DNA of 39,916 bases from Candidatus Micrarchaeota archaeon (GTDB lineage Archaea; Iainarchaeota; Iainarchaeia; Iainarchaeales; 1-14-0-10-31-34). Position numbers and translations under genes: made by a program. The stretch is taken from the NCBI GenBank assembly GCA_018829335.1, contig JAHJUD010000054.1, positions 1 to 39,916 on the forward strand. Direction: 5' to 3'. Shown here one piece after another: positions 35,718 to 39,916 of the stretch; position 1 is the stretch's first letter; each line of letters begins with the position of its first letter. Below the pieces are notes generated by a model. It saw nothing but the letters and a program-made list of their open reading frames with translations. It searched no databases and was not told the DNA's origin.

Positions 35718-35914
35718 ATCAGACTAATGTATAAAGACGGAAGAAAAAAATAAATAATAAAAAAATCAAGAATGTTTAACACAAGCTTGGCATGCGTTAA
35801 GCTTGTCATCCCCTAATTTGTATGTTGCAACGATTGATTAACCTATGATTATTGTTTCAGCGGCAATGCGGTCTCCCAAATAGTTTATTAATGAGTTTTC
35901 CGATTCTGTTGTAT

Positions 35915-36745
35915 ATGATGTATAACAGGCAGAAGCTTTTGCTGCAGGTTGTTAATAGTATGGCAGAAAAAGGAATTTCTTCCAAAACATTTTTAGTGAA
36001 AGCTGTGTTCTTGTTGAGGCAAAGGCTTGGATTTGAAAGCATTGGGTATGACTTCTTTCCATACAAGTATGGCCCTTTTTCTAATGTAATTTATGAGGAT
36101 TTTACTGCCTTAGAAAAAGAAGGCTTGTTTGATGAAGCTAATCTGTGCTTGACCAAAAACGGGAAAACTTTTGTTGATTCATTAAAAAAAAGCAATGAAG
36201 TTTCTTCTGAAATACAAGGCATTCTTTCCAATTTTTCCGGCACCTTAAAAATAAAGAGTTTTGTTTATGAAAATTACCCGGAGTTTACTGTCCGCAGCAC
36301 TTCCCAAAAAAAAGAGGCAGTAAAAGAAAATGGTTTTTGTTCCATTGGTTATGAAGGCAAGACCATTGATTCTTTTTTGAATGAATTAATCCAGCATAAT
36401 GTTTCCTTGCTTGCTGATGTAAGGCAAAATGCCTTTAGCATGAAAAAGGGATTTTCCAAGAGCCTGTTGAAGAATTACCTTGAAAAGGCAGGCATTGCTT
36501 ACCTGCATTTTCCTGAACTTGGCATTGAATCTGAAAAAAGAAAAGGCCTGAATTCTGCTGCAGATTACAAGGAATTATTTGAGGATTACAGGAAAAACCT
36601 GCCTGCAAAAAAAGAGAAAGTTGCAGAGGTTAAGGAATTAAGTAAAAGTGAAAAAGTTGCTTTGATGTGTTTTGAGGCTGACAAGAATTTTTGCCATCGC
36701 GGGGTTTTAGCAGATTTCTTAAATGCAGAGGTTGTTCACATTTGA
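35915..36745 (+). CDS. DUF488 family protein with N-terminal wHTH (Panacea/YwgA-like) domain
   Basis: N-terminus K..FLL...YDFFPYKYGPFS..IY.D...L...G; C-terminus SIGYEG, LADVR, S.K.GFSK, YLHFPELG, LMCFE....CHR; TATA-like TTTATTAA at 35884 suggests a start at 35915/35918. Confidence 0.85.
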   Translation: MMYNRQKLLLQVVNSMAEKGISSKTFLVKAVFLLRQRLGFESIGYDFFPYKYGPFSNVIYEDFTALEKEGLFDEANLCLTKNGKTFVDSLKKSNEVSSEIQGILSNFSGTLKIKSFVYENYPEFTVRSTSQKKEAVKENGFCSIGYEGKTIDSFLNELIQHNVSLLADVRQNAFSMKKGFSKSLLKNYLEKAGIAYLHFPELGIESEKRKGLNSAADYKELFEDYRKNLPAKKEKVAEVKELSKSEKVALMCFEADKNFCHRGVLADFLNAEVVHI

Positions 36746-37509
36746 AGGAAAAAATCCTGGTTCTCGCAAAAACATATCCAAATCTTAGCAGGAAGTATGT
36801 TGAAACAGTGTGTGTTGCAGGAATCACTAATAAAGGGGAATGGAGGCGCCTTTACCCGATTCCTTTCAGGAAGCTTCCTTTTATTCAGCGTTTTAAAAAG
36901 TTTGAATGGATTGAAGTTGAAACAATAAAAAACACTAAAGAGAAGCTACAGCGAAAAGAATCCTGCAAGGCTGATGCTGGCTCAATAAAGGTTTTAGGCA
37001 ATGTTGGAACGGGTTTTAATCGTAAATGGAATGAAAGAAACCGGCTTTTGCTTTCTCATGTGAATAAATCCCTTGAAGACTTGGAAGAGCAAAAGAAAAG
37101 CAGGAAAGTTTCCTTGGGGTTAATCAAGCCTGCTGAATTAATGGATTTTACTTTGACTCCTTTGGAGGAATGCCGCGACTGGGAAAAAGATTTAATTAAG
37201 GGAACACAAAAAACATTATTTGGGAATTATAATTCTCCATTAGACCGGATTCCATGGAAGTTTTCCTATGTTTTTAAGTGCAATGATTCAGAATGCAAAG
37301 GGCATTGTTTGATGTGCGAAGACTGGGAACTTCTTGAATCATGGCGTTCTTGGAAAAACAAGTACCAAAACGAAACTCTTTTGTGGGAAAAAATAAAGCA
37401 AAAGTATTTTGAATGGATGAAAAACAGAAACCTGCATTTTATTGTTGGCACTGAATCAAGATTCAACAAATTTCTCATAATCGGGCTTTATTATCCGCCA
37501 AAATTGTAA
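36742..37509 (+). CDS. Conserved hypothetical DUF488 partner (dual-OB-like) protein
   Basis: TTG start overlapping the DUF488 TGA (TTGA), GAGGT SD; KTYP...Y.ETVCVAG....EWRRLYP, SLGLIKP, C..x.C..H....DWE, IIGLYYPPK. Confidence 0.8.
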   Translation: MKEKILVLAKTYPNLSRKYVETVCVAGITNKGEWRRLYPIPFRKLPFIQRFKKFEWIEVETIKNTKEKLQRKESCKADAGSIKVLGNVGTGFNRKWNERNRLLLSHVNKSLEDLEEQKKSRKVSLGLIKPAELMDFTLTPLEECRDWEKDLIKGTQKTLFGNYNSPLDRIPWKFSYVFKCNDSECKGHCLMCEDWELLESWRSWKNKYQNETLLWEKIKQKYFEWMKNRNLHFIVGTESRFNKFLIIGLYYPPKL

Positions 37510-37658
37510 CCCATTTTTTATGCAGATGTGGTGAAGGCCCGAAAAAAGCTATAAAAACCTAATGTTTCAGAAATAATAGTATACAAGCATTTGATTAGTG
37601 CTGTTTTTTAATGCATTTTTTTGTTGTTAAAAATTATTGTGTAAAGGAGTAGATTTAA

Positions 37659-38114
37659 TTGGCTAGAATTCATGGAAGAAGCAAAGGAAAAAGCGGTTCA
37701 AAAAAACCGGTAAAAAAAATTCACCCTGAATGGGTTGAATTAAAACCAAAAGAAATAGAAGAAAAAGTGGCTGAATTAGCACATAAAGGCAATACTGCAG
37801 CAGAAATAGGAAAAATTTTAAGGGATGTTTATGCTGTTCCGTCAGTGAAAACTGCAACAAAAAAGAAAATTCAGAAAATAATTGAAGACGCAGGAATAAA
37901 ACAGGATTTTCCAAGAGACTTGCTTAATTTGATTAGAAAATCAGTGAATGAAAAAAAGCATTTTGAATCAAACAAGCATGACAAAACAGCCCAAAGAGGT
38001 TATAGGTTAACTGTTTCTAAAATCAGAAGATTAGCGAAATATTATTCAAAAAAAAGAAAAATCCCTGAAGGCTGGAGATATTCAGAAGAAGAAGCAGAAC
38101 TAATGGTGAAATAA
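37659..38114 (+). CDS. rps15: 30S ribosomal protein uS15
   Basis: MARIH...GKSGSKKP, IG.ILRD.Y, H...NKHD..A.RG..L..SKIRRL.KYY; TTG start after GGAG. Confidence 0.96.
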   Translation: MARIHGRSKGKSGSKKPVKKIHPEWVELKPKEIEEKVAELAHKGNTAAEIGKILRDVYAVPSVKTATKKKIQKIIEDAGIKQDFPRDLLNLIRKSVNEKKHFESNKHDKTAQRGYRLTVSKIRRLAKYYSKKRKIPEGWRYSEEEAELMVK

Positions 38115-38221
38115 TGCAGTATTCAATGAAAATTAAAACAAAAAATTTTGAAAAAAAAGCTGCAGGAAATTCACTTAAAGAAATGCTTGAACAAGGCGAA
38201 AAAATAATTCAGGAAATGTGA
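38114..38221 (+). CDS. 35-aa possible truncated KEOPS Pcc1 (not in ORF track)
   Basis: MQYSMKIKTKNFEKKAAGNSLKEMLEQGEKIIQEM; TAATG coupling to uS15; occupies the usual pcc1 position upstream of rps3ae; AA.NS resembles the Pcc1 C-terminal helix. Confidence 0.5.
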   Translation: MQYSMKIKTKNFEKKAAGNSLKEMLEQGEKIIQEM

Positions 38222-38225
38222 TTTA

Positions 38226-38846
38226 ATGGCAAAAAAAGAAGTAAAAGAAGCAAAAGAAAAACCAAAAAAAGTTGATTCAAGAAGGACAACAGATAAATGG
38301 AAGAAAAAAAAATGGTTTACTATTTTTGCACCAAAAATGTTTGACCAAAAAGAAATAGGAGAAACAGTTGCAGAAAAACCTGAAACATTAATTAACAGGA
38401 CAATAAATTTAAGTGCAAGAGACTTAACAGGAAACCCGAAAAAACAGCACATAAGCCTGCACTTTAAAATCTATGACGTGCAAGGGCTTAAAGCATACAC
38501 AAAGTTAACAGGCCATGAAATCAACCCTAATTTTTTGAAGAGAATTATCAGGAGAAGGATAAGCAAAATGGAAACAGTACAAGTTGTTAATTTAAGAGAC
38601 GGAGAAAAAGCAAGAGTCAAAACAATTGTTGTTTCAGGAAAAAAATTAACAAAAATAAAAGAGACTGCAGTAAGGAAAATAATGATGGAAAAAATAGCTT
38701 ATGCTTCAAAAAAAAGAGACTTTGATGATTTTGTAAACGAAATGGTTTTTGGGAATATTGCATTCAAAATACAAAATGAAGCAAAAAAAGTTGGTTTGAT
38801 TAAAAGAATTGAAATAGTTAAAACAAAATTAATTGAAGGTAAGTAA
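38226..38846 (+). CDS. rps3ae: 30S ribosomal protein eS1 (S3Ae)
   Basis: DKWK.K.WF.I.AP..F...IGET.A..P..L..R, L.FKI..V.G..A.T...GHE. Confidence 0.96.
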   Translation: MAKKEVKEAKEKPKKVDSRRTTDKWKKKKWFTIFAPKMFDQKEIGETVAEKPETLINRTINLSARDLTGNPKKQHISLHFKIYDVQGLKAYTKLTGHEINPNFLKRIIRRRISKMETVQVVNLRDGEKARVKTIVVSGKKLTKIKETAVRKIMMEKIAYASKKRDFDDFVNEMVFGNIAFKIQNEAKKVGLIKRIEIVKTKLIEGK

Positions 38847-38848
38847 AA

Positions 38849-39535
38849 GTGCTTACTGCCCCTGAAATACTGATAATAATTATGGTTTTGGGTTTTTTTT
38901 CTTTTATTTCTTTAAGGAAAAAAAGCTTTGACAAAAAAGGAATTTTAATTGGAATATTAATCGGATTAATAACTGTTTTTTTGGGTTCTTTGACTTCAGT
39001 TGGAGGATTAACTGCTTTTCTTTTCATAACATATTTTTTTATTATAGGAGAATTAAGCACCAGATATTGTTCAAAGAAAAGAAAAAAAGAACATGAAACA
39101 AGAAGCACAGGAAACATTTTAGGGAATTCTCTTGCTTCAGTTATTGCTTTAGGATTAAATTTTCCTTTAGGGTTTTTTGCAGGAATTTCAGCTGCATTAG
39201 CCGATACAATGAGCTCTGAAATTGGAATGCTTTCAAAAAAAAAGCCTTTATTGATTACAACTTTTGAAGAAGTTGAAACAGGAACAGACGGAGGAATAAC
39301 AGTTTTAGGCTGGGTTTCAGCTTTTATCGGCGCAGGGCTTGTCGCATTAATGCATTATGCTTTATTCAAAAGCATTTTTTTTGCAGGAATAATTTTATTG
39401 GCTGGATTAATCGGAACATTAATTGACAGCATTTTAGGCGCATTATTTGAAAGAAAAGGAAAAATGAGCAACACTTGGGTTAATTTTCTTTCAACTTCAG
39501 TAGCCGTAATATTTGCAATCGGAATTGCAGGCTGA
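38849..39535 (+). CDS. DUF92 / TMEM19 family membrane protein
   Basis: R...NILGN, AALADT.SSEIG, P.LITT...V..GT.GGIT..G, IDSILGA..E, N..VNF. Confidence 0.9.
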   Translation: MLTAPEILIIIMVLGFFSFISLRKKSFDKKGILIGILIGLITVFLGSLTSVGGLTAFLFITYFFIIGELSTRYCSKKRKKEHETRSTGNILGNSLASVIALGLNFPLGFFAGISAALADTMSSEIGMLSKKKPLLITTFEEVETGTDGGITVLGWVSAFIGAGLVALMHYALFKSIFFAGIILLAGLIGTLIDSILGALFERKGKMSNTWVNFLSTSVAVIFAIGIAG

Positions 39536-39565
39536 ATTATTTTACTGCAACTATTTGATAAAAAC

Positions 39566-39916
39566 CTACTCTACCTCTAATAACATTCCATAATCCTGGG
39601 CTATATTTTGGCGCACCCCACCTTGTGTCCAATTAGTTCTCCCAAGCTCTTTTTTAGTGAGTTTTTTTACTTGAATTTTTTTTTCATCAAATCCTGCTTC
39701 TTTAACAGAAGTTGTTACCACATCAAGAACATCTCTTGAACAAGCAACCATTAGTTTGCCTCCTTTTTTTAGTTTTTCTCTAGCAAGTTTTACTGTTGCT
39801 TTGGTATACTCTTTATAATTTCCCATTTTATGTCGTCTAATGCCAAATCTAGAAAACAAACTTTTTGAACCATAATAACCTAAAGCCATTTCAGAACTAA
39901 TAATATCAGCATGATT
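39566..39916 (-). CDS. Hypothetical protein, possibly C-terminal part of a class I SAM methyltransferase (5'-partial)
   Basis: Frame is open to the window end (NHADIISSEMALGYY...); AREKLKKGGKLMV resembles the MTase post-II strand motif. Confidence 0.5.
   Translation of the reverse strand, partial: NHADIISSEMALGYYGSKSLFSRFGIRRHKMGNYKEYTKATVKLAREKLKKGGKLMVACSRDVLDVVTTSVKEAGFDEKKIQVKKLTKKELGRTNWTQGGVRQNIAQDYGMLLEVE

Noticed and set aside
35852-35914. Upstream TTG start of the DUF488 ORF (and 36691 start of its partner)
   Set aside because: The extension spans the TATA-like box; ATG 35915/35918 and the coupled TTG 36742 fit better.
37527-37542. TGTGGTGAAGGCCCGA as a reverse tRNA 3'-end (att) remnant bounding the DUF488 module
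   Set aside because: Too short, no T-arm, and no matching tRNA or direct repeat in the window.

Overview
AT-rich archaeal chromosomal segment with a strongly A-skewed coding strand. It is most consistent with a reduced DPANN genome (Diapherotrites/Iainarchaeota-like); this is an inference from gene order, gene losses and K/E-rich proteins. About two thirds of the window is core information-processing operons: uL30-uL15-secY-DUF106-eL34-cmk-eL14-uS13-uS4-uS11-rpoD-tRNA-Leu(intron)-eL18-uL13-uS9-rpoN-uS2-MEMO1-fni; gltX; L7Ae-eS28-eL24-ndk-dut-aIF5B-eS6-aIF2gamma-PIN-rpoE-spt4-eS24-eS31; uS15-eS1. It also carries the t6A machinery (TsaC, Kae1, Bud32, a possible miniature Pcc1), grpE-dnaK-dnaJ, a tryptophanase and several membrane or lipoproteins. 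The most notable items are: (i) a compositionally distinct two-gene module (wHTH/Panacea-like + DUF488 fusion, translationally coupled to an OB-fold-like protein with a clamp-binding-like motif), a candidate DNA-lesion or defence system; (ii) a GC-rich 94-nt multi-hairpin element in two inverted copies with a compensatory base-pair change, related solo RTAAA-loop hairpins, and a second hairpin family that forms the tRNA-Leu intron; (iii) small ORFs missed by the ORF track (SWIB-like, LysW-like, Pcc1-like, and an acidic peptide in the dnaK operon); (iv) a Cmk with a destroyed P-loop; (v) very long E/K tails on uS4 and uS9; (vi) a beta-defensin-like Cys motif.
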